A stretch of 64,000 nucleotides of DNA. Source: a candidate division FCPU426 bacterium (GTDB taxonomy: Bacteria > Oederibacteriota > Muellerivitia > Muellerivitales > Muellerivitaceae). The stretch lies in NCBI GenBank assembly GCA_963847625.1, contig CAWKAR010000026.1, forward strand, positions 76,083-140,082, written 5' to 3'. Below, piece by piece: positions 52,507-62,452 of this stretch. A model generated the notes under the pieces. That model did not search any database. It saw only the letters and a list, made by a program, of their open reading frames with translations, and had not been told where the DNA came from. A program made the position numbers and the translations under genes. The stretch's first letter is position 1; every line of letters begins with the position of its first letter.

Positions 52507-52790
52507 CACACCTGTCCAAAATAATACCTAGCCACGGATATGCCGATCATCCATAAAAACATAATGAGATCGGTATGATACCAGCCTCATTAAAAGCTTT
52601 ATTGAAGGCTGGCATACATGGGATTCATGGGATTTAATAAACATAAATATTTAAAGCCTTTTGACTTTGGCCATCTGAATGCATCCCCTGAATCCGTGGC
52701 TAAGAACTTGGTTTTGCTTTACGTCTTTTAGATTAAGGAATTTCTGATTTTATTTATCTTTGTTTCTTGGATTTTGTTTGTTTTGGACAG
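52507..52790 (+). repeat. Full-length MITE-like repeat copy with terminal inverted repeats and a 76-bp internal insertion
   Basis: CTGTCCAAAATAA at 52512 and TTGTTTTGGACAG ending at 52790; inner AGCCACGGAT/ATCCGTGGCT pair; homologous to 61171 and 62204. Confidence 0.8.
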
Positions 52791-52854
52791 CTATGAATTA
52801 ACGAAAAATAGTTTTTGTGGCTCTTACTATATTTCCAACGTGTAAAATAAGCCC

Positions 52855-54282
52855 ATGCGTTTGACCAAATGCTGGTTTATCCTGTTTCCCGCCCTGGGCC
52901 TGCTGGCCTCGGGCTGCGCCACGTCCGGTTCATCCCTGATGGTCCCGGTCAGGCCCGCCCCCGTCCACACCCTGAAATCCCCCCCGCCCGCGCGGCTCCT
53001 CATCCCCCTGGTGGTGAAGCTTCCCAAATTGACCGATGTGGAAAAACACCTGGCCGAATTCGCGAAGAAGGACTTCGCCAAGGCCGAGAAATCCCTGACC
53101 AAAAGCCTCGGGACCACCGTGTGGTGGGACCCCCTGGATTGGGAATTCAAGGGGAACAGCCTGACCGCCCATATGCACTTCCACTTCAAGAGACCGGCCG
53201 GATCGAAGAGCCTGGTCAAGGAAGCCGAAACCCTCGCCAAGGATGTCGAAAAGGACGCCAAGGTGGACTTGGCCTCGGCCCTCCGGTGGAGCGAGGACTG
53301 GCACCTGGAAGCGCCCAATTTCAAGGAGCCCACCGGCGGGGAAAAGCCTGGGGCCGCAAGCACACCGGAACCGGGCAAGGAAACGGACGCCCATAAGGGC
53401 AAGAAAATCCTCCGCAAGGGGACGTCCAAGTACCACGAGATGTTGAAAGACGCCTCGGACTTCAAGGAAAAGGCCAGGGAACTTTTTGATAAGATCCAGG
53501 AACCCATCAAGATGGCCAAGGACATCTGGCTCCAGATCAAACCCGTCCGGGTGAGCGTGGGTTCCTACCGCCTGATTCCCGACGTCCGGTCCCCCCGCCT
53601 CGAGACGGTCTTCGAGGTCATCGCCCAGCCTTATGTCATCATCGGGGAAAAACCCCGCCCACTAAAAACCGAATTGCCGCCCATCAAGGAATATCAGCCG
53701 GGCCCACAGGGCTTCCATATAGAAACCAACCTAAAGATCAGCTTTCACGAGGTCAACAAGCTCCTGATCGACCCCAAAACCGGCATCCTGAACAGAACCC
53801 TGCCGGGAGGCGGAAACCACCACCTCAAGATCACCTCCATCCGGGTCTACGGCTCTGGGGGGAAACTCGTGGTGGAGGCGCAAGTGCAGTACGACCCGGT
53901 CATCAACCTCGGGGGCAAACCCGCCCAGTTGACCATTTACTTGTTGGGGACTCCCACCTTCCACGAGAAGAAACAGGTCATCAATTTTCCGGACATGGAT
54001 TTCGACATCAAAACCAGCGACTTCCTGGTGCAGATGGCCGAATTCATCGCGGGGTCGGGCATGAGGGAACAATTGCGCAAGCAGGCCGTGATCCCAGTCG
54101 GAAAAGACCTGGACGATTTGAAGGAACAACTAACCAAGATGCTCAACCGGCCCCTGGGGCGCTTCGCCAAGCTCCGGACCACGGTCACGTCGCTTAAAAT
54201 GGTGGAGGCCTTTGTCAGTGACTACGGCCTGGAGGGAAGAATCGCCCTGGATGGTGACGCGGCGGTGGACTTGAACTGGTAG
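52855..54282 (+). CDS. DUF4403-like lipoprotein
   Basis: Lipobox LASGC; beta-rich body with IWLQIKP..., TIYLLGTP and DMDFDIKT patterns recalled for DUF4403. Confidence 0.6.
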   Translation: MRLTKCWFILFPALGLLASGCATSGSSLMVPVRPAPVHTLKSPPPARLLIPLVVKLPKLTDVEKHLAEFAKKDFAKAEKSLTKSLGTTVWWDPLDWEFKGNSLTAHMHFHFKRPAGSKSLVKEAETLAKDVEKDAKVDLASALRWSEDWHLEAPNFKEPTGGEKPGAASTPEPGKETDAHKGKKILRKGTSKYHEMLKDASDFKEKARELFDKIQEPIKMAKDIWLQIKPVRVSVGSYRLIPDVRSPRLETVFEVIAQPYVIIGEKPRPLKTELPPIKEYQPGPQGFHIETNLKISFHEVNKLLIDPKTGILNRTLPGGGNHHLKITSIRVYGSGGKLVVEAQVQYDPVINLGGKPAQLTIYLLGTPTFHEKKQVINFPDMDFDIKTSDFLVQMAEFIAGSGMREQLRKQAVIPVGKDLDDLKEQLTKMLNRPLGRFAKLRTTVTSLKMVEAFVSDYGLEGRIALDGDAAVDLNW

Positions 54283-54313
54283 GTCATCAAGAAGTACCCG
54301 TTGCTTTGGTTTC

Positions 54314-54994
54314 TTACCGGGTGGTGCCTTTGGCCTGGGCGATCCAGGCCAATACCTGCCGGACCAGAGCGCTCACCAGGGCGAAATCACCGGCCTTGAC
54401 CCACTCCGGGTTGACCAGGTTTCCGCCCATCCCCAGGCACGCCGTGCCGGCCTTTATCCATTCCCGCACGCTTTCCTCCGTGGCCTCGACGCCGCCGGTG
54501 GGCATGACCCGGACCCACGGCATGGGACCCAGCAACGCCTTCACGAAGGCCGGGCCGCCAACCTGTTTCCCCGGGAAAATCTTGACGAATTCCGCCCCCA
54601 GCTCCTCGGCGGCCGAGATTTCGCTGGCGGTGCCGCAACCCGGCACATAGGCGATTTTCCGCCGGTTGCACATCCTGGCCACTTCCGGGTTGAAGGCGGG
54701 GCCGACCACGAAATTGGCGCCCCCGTCGATGTAAAGCGCGGCCGTGGGCAGGTCGACGATGGAGCCAACCCCCAGGATGAGCCCGGGACAGGCCGTCCCG
54801 GCGAACTCCGCCAATCGGGTGAAAACCCCCAGCGCCCCGTCGCCCCGGTTGGTGAACTCGGCCAGCCGCCCGCCACCGTCAAAAACGGCCTTCACGATTT
54901 TTTTCGCGGTGTCGAGGTCCGCCTCGTAAAACACCGCCACCAGGCCGCTGCCGGCCATGGTGTTATAAACAGTCAAACGGTCGAATTTCGCCAT
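54314..54994 (-). CDS. eda: KDPG/KHG aldolase
   Basis: EFTNRG, GANFVVGP, VPGCGT, VKIFPG and MPTGGV. Confidence 0.92.
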   Translation of the reverse strand: MAKFDRLTVYNTMAGSGLVAVFYEADLDTAKKIVKAVFDGGGRLAEFTNRGDGALGVFTRLAEFAGTACPGLILGVGSIVDLPTAALYIDGGANFVVGPAFNPEVARMCNRRKIAYVPGCGTASEISAAEELGAEFVKIFPGKQVGGPAFVKALLGPMPWVRVMPTGGVEATEESVREWIKAGTACLGMGGNLVNPEWVKAGDFALVSALVRQVLAWIAQAKGTTR

Positions 54995-55011
54995 AGACAT
55001 CCCCTTTCGGG

Positions 55012-56094
55012 TCAGCGTTGGATTCTCGCGCTGCCGCCTGCCATGACATGCCTGATTTCCTCCATCGTCACCATGCTCGTGTCGCCCCGGGTGCTTTGCA
55101 ATAGGGCGCCGTGCGCCGCGCCCATTTCGACGCATTCCTGCGGGGGCATGCCGTGAAGGAGACCGTACACGAACCCGCTGGAAAAACCGTCGCCGCCGCC
55201 GACCCTGTCCTCCACCTCGAGATTCTCGTACCGCCGGGATTGGTAAAAATTCCCGCCGCAATACGCGATAGCGGACCAGTGGTTGACCAGGCCGCTGACC
55301 ACCTCGCGCAGGGTCGTGGCGACGGCGTAAAGACGCGGATAAGCCTGGACGACCTTCCCCACCATCTTTTTATACCCCTCCATTGAAAGGGATTCCGGGC
55401 TCCCGCCACCTTCCACCTCGAAACCCAGCGACTTTTGGAAATCCTCCTCGTTGCCGATCAGGACGTCGGCATAGGGAACGAGTCTCTTCGTCGTTTCCAC
55501 GGCCTTCCGGCTGGACCATAATTTTCCGCGGAAATTGAGGTCGTAGCTGACGACCGTGCCGGCCCCATGGGCCGCCTTCATGGCTTCCAGCGCGGTTTCG
55601 GCGCAACCGTCGCTGAGCGCCGCTAGGATGCCGCCCGTGTGGAACCACCGGGCGTTCCGCCGGGTGAAGATCCGGTTCCAGTCCACGTCGCCGGGCTTCA
55701 GGTGGGAAACCGCGCTGTGGCCGCGGTCGTAAAGGGTGACGCTCGGCCTTACGCCCGTGCCCACCTCGGTGAAATTCAATCCCACGCGGTCCTCCCGGCC
55801 GACTCCGTCATAGGAGACCCAGGCCACTTCGCTCAAGTCCATGCCGCTGGCCTGGGCGTGGTTCCGGATAAAGGCGCCCAGCGGGTTGTCGACGAGCCTT
55901 GAGACCCATCCGGTGCGCAGGCCGTAACGCGCCAGCGCGTAGGCCACGTTGTACTCGCCGCCCCCGGCATAGGCCTCGAAAACCGGCGTCAGCTCGATGC
56001 GCTGGTGCCCGGGCGGACTCAAGCGGATCATGCATTCGCCTAAAGCCAGGAGGTCGAACTCGGTTTCACCCGCGGATTTGATTTTAAGCGCCAT
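55012..56094 (-). CDS. kdgK: 2-keto-3-deoxygluconate kinase (PfkB family)
   Basis: GECMIRL, GGGEYNVA, YDLNFR and DRVGGGDGF; hexuronate context. Confidence 0.88.
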   Translation of the reverse strand: MALKIKSAGETEFDLLALGECMIRLSPPGHQRIELTPVFEAYAGGGEYNVAYALARYGLRTGWVSRLVDNPLGAFIRNHAQASGMDLSEVAWVSYDGVGREDRVGLNFTEVGTGVRPSVTLYDRGHSAVSHLKPGDVDWNRIFTRRNARWFHTGGILAALSDGCAETALEAMKAAHGAGTVVSYDLNFRGKLWSSRKAVETTKRLVPYADVLIGNEEDFQKSLGFEVEGGGSPESLSMEGYKKMVGKVVQAYPRLYAVATTLREVVSGLVNHWSAIAYCGGNFYQSRRYENLEVEDRVGGGDGFSSGFVYGLLHGMPPQECVEMGAAHGALLQSTRGDTSMVTMEEIRHVMAGGSARIQR

Positions 56095-56177
56095 GGTTTC
56101 TTCCCTTTTATTTATGGAGTCACGGAACCCGGTACGAAACTCTACCACAAGGACGCGGCGCGGTGGAAAAATCCCGG

Positions 56178-57647
56178 TTAAGCCCGTTCCACTCCCCCGG
56201 CGGCCGACCCGAGGGGGAGGCCGAAATAATCCCGGGCGTTGAAAAAGCAAACGTCAGCCACCAGCCCCCCGAGCAGCTTCCGGTCGTCGGGCAAAAGGCC
56301 CTTCCGGACGTCCTCTCCCAGCAGGTTGCAGAGAAGCCGCCGGAAATACTCGTGCCTCGAGTAGGAAAGGAAGCTCCTGGAATCGGTGGTCATGCCCACG
56401 AACCGCGAAAGGAGGCCCAGGTTCGAAAGCACCTGCAGTTGGGCCTCGATGCCGTCCTTCTGGTCCAGGAACCACCAGGCGGGCCCGTACTGCATCTTTC
56501 CCGGCGCGGGGCCTTCCTGGAAGTTGCCGCACATTGCGGCGAAAGCCTCGTTCTCGGAGGGGTTCAGGTTGTAGAGGATCGTCTTGGCGAGCTTCCCGGA
56601 TTCGTCCAGGCGGTCCAGGAAGCGGGAGAGGGGGCGCGCCTGGCCCGGGTCGCCGATGGAGTCGAAACCGGTGTTGGGCCCCGCCTGGCGGCGCAAGCGC
56701 GTGTTGTTGTCGCGCAGGGTGCCCACGTGGAATTGCTGGACCCAGCCTTTTTCATGGTCTAGGAGGGACAGGCGGTGCAGGATGGCCGATTGAAGCCTCA
56801 AGGCTTCGCCTTCCCACAGTTTTCTCCCGGCGCGCAGCCGGTTGAAGGAATCGGACACCTCGCTGTCGGCCCAGGCCTCGGCGTAAACCCTTTCCAGGCC
56901 CCGGTCCGAAAGCCGGCAGCCCCTCGAGTGGAAGAAGGAGTGCCGCGCCTCAAGGGCCGCCAGGAAGGACTCGAACGACCCGATGGACGTTCCCGACGCC
57001 GCTTCCAGCCGGTTCACCCACGCGTTCCAGGCGGGCGGATCCCCGACCGCCAAGGCGTTGTCCGGCCGCCAGGCCGGGTAAACGCAGGTGACGGGATTCT
57101 GCCGCAGGGCGAGCCATTCGTGGGTTTCGAGGGTATCCGTCGGGTCGTCGGTGGTGCAGACGGCCGCCACCCTGAATTTGCCGAGCAGGCCCAGGGGGGT
57201 GAAGCCGTCCCCTTTCAGCAGTTCCCCCGCCCGGTCGTATATTTCCAGGGCCGTCGTTGGCGACAGGAGAAGGTCGATGCCGAAGGGCCGGTGCAATTCC
57301 ATGTGGGTCCAGTGGTACAGCGGGTTGCGCAGGGTGCGGGGCACGGTGGCGGCCCAGGCCTGGAATTTTTCCCAGTCGGACGTTTCCTCCCCCGTGCAAT
57401 AGCGCTCCTCGACGGCGTTGGCCCGCATGGCCCGCCATTTGTAATGGTCCCCGGAGAGCCAGATTTCGGTGAGGGAGCGGAACCGGTAGACGGAAGCCAT
57501 CTGCTCGGGGGGAAGGTGGCTGTGGTAGTCCAGGATGGGAAGGTGTTCCGCGTAGCGGTGGTAAAGGTCCACCGCGACGGGACCTTCCAAGAGAAAATCA
57601 TCGTTTATAAAGTTTTTAATGAAATGCTCTTTGTCGTTGATATTCAT
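56178..57647 (-). CDS. uxaC: Glucuronate isomerase
   Basis: DYHSHL, GDHYKWRAMR, NPLYHWTH, WWFLD and TDSRSFLSY.RHEYFRR. Confidence 0.96.
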   Translation of the reverse strand: MNINDKEHFIKNFINDDFLLEGPVAVDLYHRYAEHLPILDYHSHLPPEQMASVYRFRSLTEIWLSGDHYKWRAMRANAVEERYCTGEETSDWEKFQAWAATVPRTLRNPLYHWTHMELHRPFGIDLLLSPTTALEIYDRAGELLKGDGFTPLGLLGKFRVAAVCTTDDPTDTLETHEWLALRQNPVTCVYPAWRPDNALAVGDPPAWNAWVNRLEAASGTSIGSFESFLAALEARHSFFHSRGCRLSDRGLERVYAEAWADSEVSDSFNRLRAGRKLWEGEALRLQSAILHRLSLLDHEKGWVQQFHVGTLRDNNTRLRRQAGPNTGFDSIGDPGQARPLSRFLDRLDESGKLAKTILYNLNPSENEAFAAMCGNFQEGPAPGKMQYGPAWWFLDQKDGIEAQLQVLSNLGLLSRFVGMTTDSRSFLSYSRHEYFRRLLCNLLGEDVRKGLLPDDRKLLGGLVADVCFFNARDYFGLPLGSAAGGVERA

Positions 57648-57798
57648 TTTTAGTCCTCTATTTCGTAAAAAACCGGTCTTTATCCGAACCGTAAAATTTG
57701 AAACAACTCCCCGGATTCAATGATTTGCGAACCATTAAATTTGAAGTAATTCTATATCGTTAAAAGATTGTTTTTACCGCTTAAAGTATCGTTTTTGA

Positions 57799-58137
57799 TT
57801 AATGCATTGAATTGCATGATCTGATAAACATAACAAAACTTATAAATAGCAAAACAAATAGGCCAATAACAACAAATCTAAATTTGGGTTTTTCTATAAG
57901 TGTTTTTAATAATGATATCAGACACAAAAAAAACAGAACTAATGAAGTCAAAAAGGAAACGGTATAAATCGTGCCCCATATCCCCGAATTTATGCCCAAA
58001 TCCCCGTAAGCATAAATATTGAACCCTGCAAATATAAAAAGACCCGCACAAACAACCATTGAAAGGATTAAAAATATTACTTTATTTGTTTTTTTAGCCA
58101 TACCTTTCATTGTTTCAATAAATTCGTCCCTACTCAT
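57799..58137 (-). CDS. AT-rich small membrane protein (3 TM)
   Basis: 112-aa ORF with GGGGAG RBS and three hydrophobic segments; much lower GC than its flanks. Confidence 0.65.
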   Translation of the reverse strand: MSRDEFIETMKGMAKKTNKVIFLILSMVVCAGLFIFAGFNIYAYGDLGINSGIWGTIYTVSFLTSLVLFFLCLISLLKTLIEKPKFRFVVIGLFVLLFISFVMFIRSCNSMH

Positions 58138-58353
58138 TTAATTGACTCCCCATTCATGACGATTTTAAAACCGTCATATTCGGGATAATTCACTAATTAG
58201 ACTTTTTTTTGAATAGTTCAAAAAACCACTGAATAATAATAACCCAGGCTAGAACAATGGTGAGGCAAACCCAAATTAATCCGGCAGATAAAATAAATGA
58301 AAATTGAAGAGATGATATTTGCCCTAAAGTTTTCCAATTGTCAAATTTAGATG

Positions 58354-59405
58354 GCTGAATTCAACCAGTAAGTGCAACACCTTGACTAAAGACCTGCTCC
58401 GGCGTTTTGAAACGAAGGCACTTGCGAGGACGATGGTTTAGGATCCGTTCCACGCGTCGTACATTCGCTGGGGTTATAGTAGCAAAATCCGTTTTCTTGG
58501 GATAGAAGCGACGAACAAGACCTGCAGTATTTTCAACACAACCTTTCTCCCAACTGTGGAAGGGCAAACAAAAGAATGAACGAGTGCCTGAAACACGATT
58601 CACCTGGAGATGTTCGACGTTTTCGGAGCCATTGTCGTATGTGATGGTACGGCGGAGGCCTTTTGAAATCCGAACCAACCGACGGTTGATTGCGGCTCTA
58701 GTGTGGAAAGCTGATTTTTGAGGTAGCCAAGCCAGTTTCACCAGACGACTTTTGCGCTCGACCATAACCAGAAGTGAGGGTTTGCTTTTCCGGGAGATGA
58801 TGGTGTCGGCCTCCCAGTGCCCGAATTGCTGTCTTGTTTCAACGATAGCTGGTCGTTGGGTAATGGGAGTACGTTGAGGAATATGGCTTTTGCGATGTTT
58901 TTGAGTGTGCCAACGTCGCAAACGTTTTCGATGGGCCCGGGCTAGATGAGGAATGAGGTTTCGAGCTTCGCAGTAGATGAATTGATAGATGGCTTCATGG
59001 GAAACGGAAAGTTTTGGTTTCTCCCGGCGAAGAAAACCGGCAATTTGCTCGGGCAAGAGTCCACGAGGTATTTCTCGCAGTACTAAACGGCGAATCTCAG
59101 GATTTTTAAGCCTTAAATGAGTACGTGAAAGACGGTTTCGGTGTTCTGCACGCATGTGAGCTCTGGCGGGCAGGTAGCGGCAAGATCGTATAGGAGGGGC
59201 GTTGCGCTTCAGTTCTCGGGAAATGCTGGATACATCACGGCCCAGACGGCGTGCGATTTCCCGAAGGGAGAGGCCTTCAGCATTCCAAACTGAAATTTCT
59301 TCACGTTCGGCTAACGACAGATGCTTGTAGGATGATTTCATAGCACTTAGGATAACCCCCGGGTTCTGCCGGGTCTAAGTGTTGCACTTCGTTATTGAAC
59401 TGGGG
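58354..59405 (-). mobile_element. IS30-family insertion sequence (1052 bp)
   Basis: Imperfect terminal IRs (TTCAA-N5-AAGTGCAACAC core at both ends) and a 3-bp direct repeat ATG at 58351-58353 and 59406-59408. Confidence 0.9.
58361..59341 (-). CDS. IS30-family transposase
   Basis: YKHLSLAERE HTH, SHEAIY, GHWEADT, TYDNGSE and WEKGCVEN (DDE intact), RPRKCL. Confidence 0.95.
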   Translation of the reverse strand: MKSSYKHLSLAEREEISVWNAEGLSLREIARRLGRDVSSISRELKRNAPPIRSCRYLPARAHMRAEHRNRLSRTHLRLKNPEIRRLVLREIPRGLLPEQIAGFLRREKPKLSVSHEAIYQFIYCEARNLIPHLARAHRKRLRRWHTQKHRKSHIPQRTPITQRPAIVETRQQFGHWEADTIISRKSKPSLLVMVERKSRLVKLAWLPQKSAFHTRAAINRRLVRISKGLRRTITYDNGSENVEHLQVNRVSGTRSFFCLPFHSWEKGCVENTAGLVRRFYPKKTDFATITPANVRRVERILNHRPRKCLRFKTPEQVFSQGVALTG

Positions 59406-59675
59406 ATGTTAAAAAAAAAGATAATAAAAAGACTGTTGATAAACCTAAAAATGTTAAGAAAATCTTGCTCAAAAATTTATCAAACTTCTTTATCGCAATT
59501 ATCAAAGCAACAAAATATGGAACATATGCAGCATACGCAAAGATGTTATGTAAGTTCATAGCAAACCAATACCCTTAAATTGATTCATGAATTCCTCTCC
59601 ATCCATGACGATTTTCGAGAATCACGCACCGCAGCGTGCTTCAGGGGTCCGTTTTGAGGTAGTTCGCAAATTGTT

Positions 59676-59735
59676 GTGTTTATAAATCCCATGAATCCCA
59701 TGCATCCGTGGCTAGGTTTATTTTGGACAGGTGTG
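59676..59735 (-). repeat. Truncated inverted copy of the MITE-like repeat
   Basis: Reverse complement reads CACACCTGTCCAAAATAAACCTAGCCACGGATGCATGGGATTCATGGGATTTATAAACAC. Confidence 0.85.
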
Positions 59736-59757
59736 ATATTGGGTATGTTCGAATACC

Positions 59758-61065
59758 TCATGCCGCCGCCTTTATCGCGATAGGTTCTAGCCGCGGGACC
59801 AGCAGGTGGATGACCAGAAGCGCCGCCAGGTAGGCCGATCCGGCCAGGAAGAATACCGGCACGTAGCTTCCCGTCCACTGCAAGAGGTGGCCCACGGCGG
59901 TGGCGATGAGCATGCCGCCGATTGCGCCGGCCATTCCGCCGAACCCGACGGCCGAACCGACCGCCCCCTTGGGGAACATGTCCGAAACCAGGGTGTAGAG
60001 GTTGCAGGACCATCCCTGGTGGGCGGCCACCGCCAGGCCGATGAGCGCGACGGCGGCCCAAAGCGAGGACGCGTACCCGGCTAGCGTCACCGGCACCACG
60101 CAGAAGGCGCAGGCCAGCATGGCGGTCTTGCGACCCCGGTTGACCGGCCACCCGCGCTTGATCAGGAACGACGAGAGCCAGCCGCCCGCGACGCTTCCCG
60201 CGTCAGCCAGCAGGTAGATGACGATGAGGGGCGGCCCCATCTTCGACAGGGTGATCCCGTGCTTTTCGTTGAGGAATTTGGGCAGCCAGAAAAGGAAGAA
60301 CCACCAGACGGGGTCCGTGATGAACTTGCCCAGGGCGAAAGCCCAGGCTTGGCGCAGGCCCAGGAGCTTAAGCCAGGGCAGGGACGCCTCCTTTTCCCCG
60401 GGGTCGCTCCGGATCACGGCGAGTTCCTCCGGGGTCACCCTGGGGTGGGACTCCGGGGGGCGGTAGATCCCCCACCAGGCCGCGACCCAAATTAAATCGA
60501 GGGAGCCGGTCAGGAGGAAAGCCCAGGGCCAGCCCCAGTATAGGGCGATGAGGGGGACAAAAGCCGGGGCCACCAACGCCCCGACGTTGCTCCCGGCGTT
60601 GAAAATGCCGGCGGCGAGCGCCCTTTCGCGCTTGGGGAACCACTCGGCCACCGTCTTGACGCAGGCGGGAAAGTTGGCCGATTCGCCTAAACCCAGCCCG
60701 AAACGGGCCAAGCCGAAGCCCAAGGGGGTCCGAGCCAGTGCGTGGCTCATGGACGCGAGGCTCCAGAAGACGGCGGCTACCGCGAAACCCAGCCTCGTAC
60801 CGACGGCGTCCAGCATCCGTCCGGCCAGGAGAAGACCCAGGGCGTAGGCGGCCTGGAAGGCCGTTACAATATTTCCGTAATCGACCTGGGACCAGCCCAG
60901 AGTGCGCTGCAGGTCGGGGGCCAGGATGCCCAAAACCTGCCGGTCGATGTAGTTGACGGTAGTGGCGAAAAAGAGGAGTGCGCAAATCACCCAGCGGTAG
61001 CGGCCGAAGAGCAGTCCCCTGCTCGGGGCGGTGAAGGGCGGGGATTTGGGCCTGGAGTCGTTCAA
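59758..61065 (-). CDS. exuT: Hexuronate MFS transporter
   Basis: RWVICALLFFATTVNYIDRQ, EWFPKRERA, TDPVWWF and AHQGWS. Confidence 0.9.
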   Translation of the reverse strand: MNDSRPKSPPFTAPSRGLLFGRYRWVICALLFFATTVNYIDRQVLGILAPDLQRTLGWSQVDYGNIVTAFQAAYALGLLLAGRMLDAVGTRLGFAVAAVFWSLASMSHALARTPLGFGLARFGLGLGESANFPACVKTVAEWFPKRERALAAGIFNAGSNVGALVAPAFVPLIALYWGWPWAFLLTGSLDLIWVAAWWGIYRPPESHPRVTPEELAVIRSDPGEKEASLPWLKLLGLRQAWAFALGKFITDPVWWFFLFWLPKFLNEKHGITLSKMGPPLIVIYLLADAGSVAGGWLSSFLIKRGWPVNRGRKTAMLACAFCVVPVTLAGYASSLWAAVALIGLAVAAHQGWSCNLYTLVSDMFPKGAVGSAVGFGGMAGAIGGMLIATAVGHLLQWTGSYVPVFFLAGSAYLAALLVIHLLVPRLEPIAIKAAA

Positions 61066-61170
61066 TTGGGTTCGTCCTCTTCTAAGGCCGGGATATCAGC
61101 GGTTTGTTTGTCCAATCCCTCCGCCTCTTCTGGGAGGAAATGACTGGATTTAGAACTTTCAACAAAATTC

Positions 61171-61353
61171 CACACCTGTCCAAAATAATATCTAGCCACG
61201 GATGCATGGGATTCATGGGATTTAACAAACACAAATATTTAAAGCCTTTTTTTTCTTAGCCCAATCTAAATGCATCCCCTGAATCCGTGGCTAAGTACTT
61301 GGTTTTGCTTAACGCCTTTAAGACTTAAGAACACCTGATTTTATTTATCTTTG
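61171..61353 (+). repeat. MITE-like repeat copy
   Basis: Closely matches the 52507 copy without the insertion. Confidence 0.85.
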
Positions 61354-61409
61354 CTGAGCCTCTGCGTCTGCTATGTGGTAAAAAGAGGTTTTGCTAGTGT
61401 TTCTTAATT

Positions 61410-62186
61410 TTATTGGTTCACGCCGCTGGCCATAAATCCGCCGTCCACCGCCAGGATCTCCCCGTTCACGTAGCTGGCCGCGTCCGAGGCCAGGAACACC
61501 GCCGCGCCAGCCAGTTCCTCGACACGGCCAAAACGGTGGAGGGGGATGCGGACCAGGAACTCTTTCCCGCGCGGTGTGCCGTTCAGGAGCTTCTCGTTCA
61601 AAGAAGTGGGAAAGACGCCGGGGGCGATGGCGTTCACGTTGACGCCCTTGGGACCCCACTCCAGGGCCAGGGACTTGGTCAGGGCTCCCACCGCGGCCTT
61701 GCTGGCTCCGTAGGCCGCCACCTCAAAGAGGGCCAGGTGGGTAGCGATGGAGGCGATGTTGATGATGCGGCCCCAGCCGCGTTCCAGCATTCCCGGCGCG
61801 AAAACCCGGCAGGCGCGAAGCGTCCCGGTCAAGTTGGTCTCCAGGATGGCGTGCCAGTCCGCCTCGTCCATTTGAAGGGTGGGGACTCGCTGGGTCCGCC
61901 CCGCACTGTTCACCAGGATATCCACCCGGCCCCATTCGCCCAGGACCTTGTCCCGGAGCGCTTCCAGGCTTTTCAGGTCCGTGACGTCTGAAACGGCCCT
62001 CAGGGCGCGGCGGCCCCGGGATTCGATCTCGGCGGCCGTCTTCTCAACCGCATCCATGCGGCGCGAGGACGCCGTGATGTCGGCGCCCGCCTCGGCCAGG
62101 CCCAAGGCGATGGCCCGCCCGATTCCGGAGGTGCCCCCGATGACGACGGCGGTCTTTCCTTTCAGGTCCAAAGGCGCGAAACCCAT
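61410..62186 (-). CDS. SDR oxidoreductase (KduD-like; probable fructuronate reductase role)
   Basis: GGTSGIG, YGASK, NAIAPG and VDGG; located between a mannonate dehydratase and exuT. Confidence 0.8.
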   Translation of the reverse strand: MGFAPLDLKGKTAVVIGGTSGIGRAIALGLAEAGADITASSRRMDAVEKTAAEIESRGRRALRAVSDVTDLKSLEALRDKVLGEWGRVDILVNSAGRTQRVPTLQMDEADWHAILETNLTGTLRACRVFAPGMLERGWGRIINIASIATHLALFEVAAYGASKAAVGALTKSLALEWGPKGVNVNAIAPGVFPTSLNEKLLNGTPRGKEFLVRIPLHRFGRVEELAGAAVFLASDAASYVNGEILAVDGGFMASGVNQ

Positions 62187-62203
62187 ATCAACTCCTCAGA
62201 AGG

Positions 62204-62423
62204 CAAAATAAACCTAGCCACGGATGCATGGGATTCATGGGATTTACTTAAAACTCAAAATTTAGAATTTAAAATTCATTCATGAAGTTTTCATGAATGT
62301 CTTGGCCTATCCGAGTGCATCCCCTGAATCCGTGGCAAAGGACTTGGTTTTGCTTAAAGCCTTTCAGTCTTAAGAATTCCTTATTTTATATATCTTTGTT
62401 CACGAGATTTTGTTTTATTTGGA
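62204..62423 (+). repeat. MITE-like repeat copy with a different central spacer
   Basis: CCTAGCCACGGATGCATGGGATTCATGGGATTT ... TGCATCCCCTGAATCCGTGGC ... CTTGGTTTTGCTT. Confidence 0.85.
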
Positions 62424-62452
62424 AAATAACTCAAAATTTTATTTCTCAGCTG

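Larger units (their letters stand above)
58193..59559 (-). pseudogene. ~103-aa membrane protein gene split by IS30
   Basis: Removing 58354..59405 and one target duplication restores the frame MNLHNIFAYAAYVPYFVALII...SFFLT/SKFDNWK...QWFFELFKKKSN*. Confidence 0.8.

Noticed and set aside
57723..59671. Integron cassette array
   Set aside because: No RYYYAAC...GTTRRRY attC boxes were recognised and no integrase is in the window.
52507..62423. Repeats as a CRISPR array
   Set aside because: Copies are 60-280 bp, dispersed between genes, not regularly spaced, and no cas genes are present.
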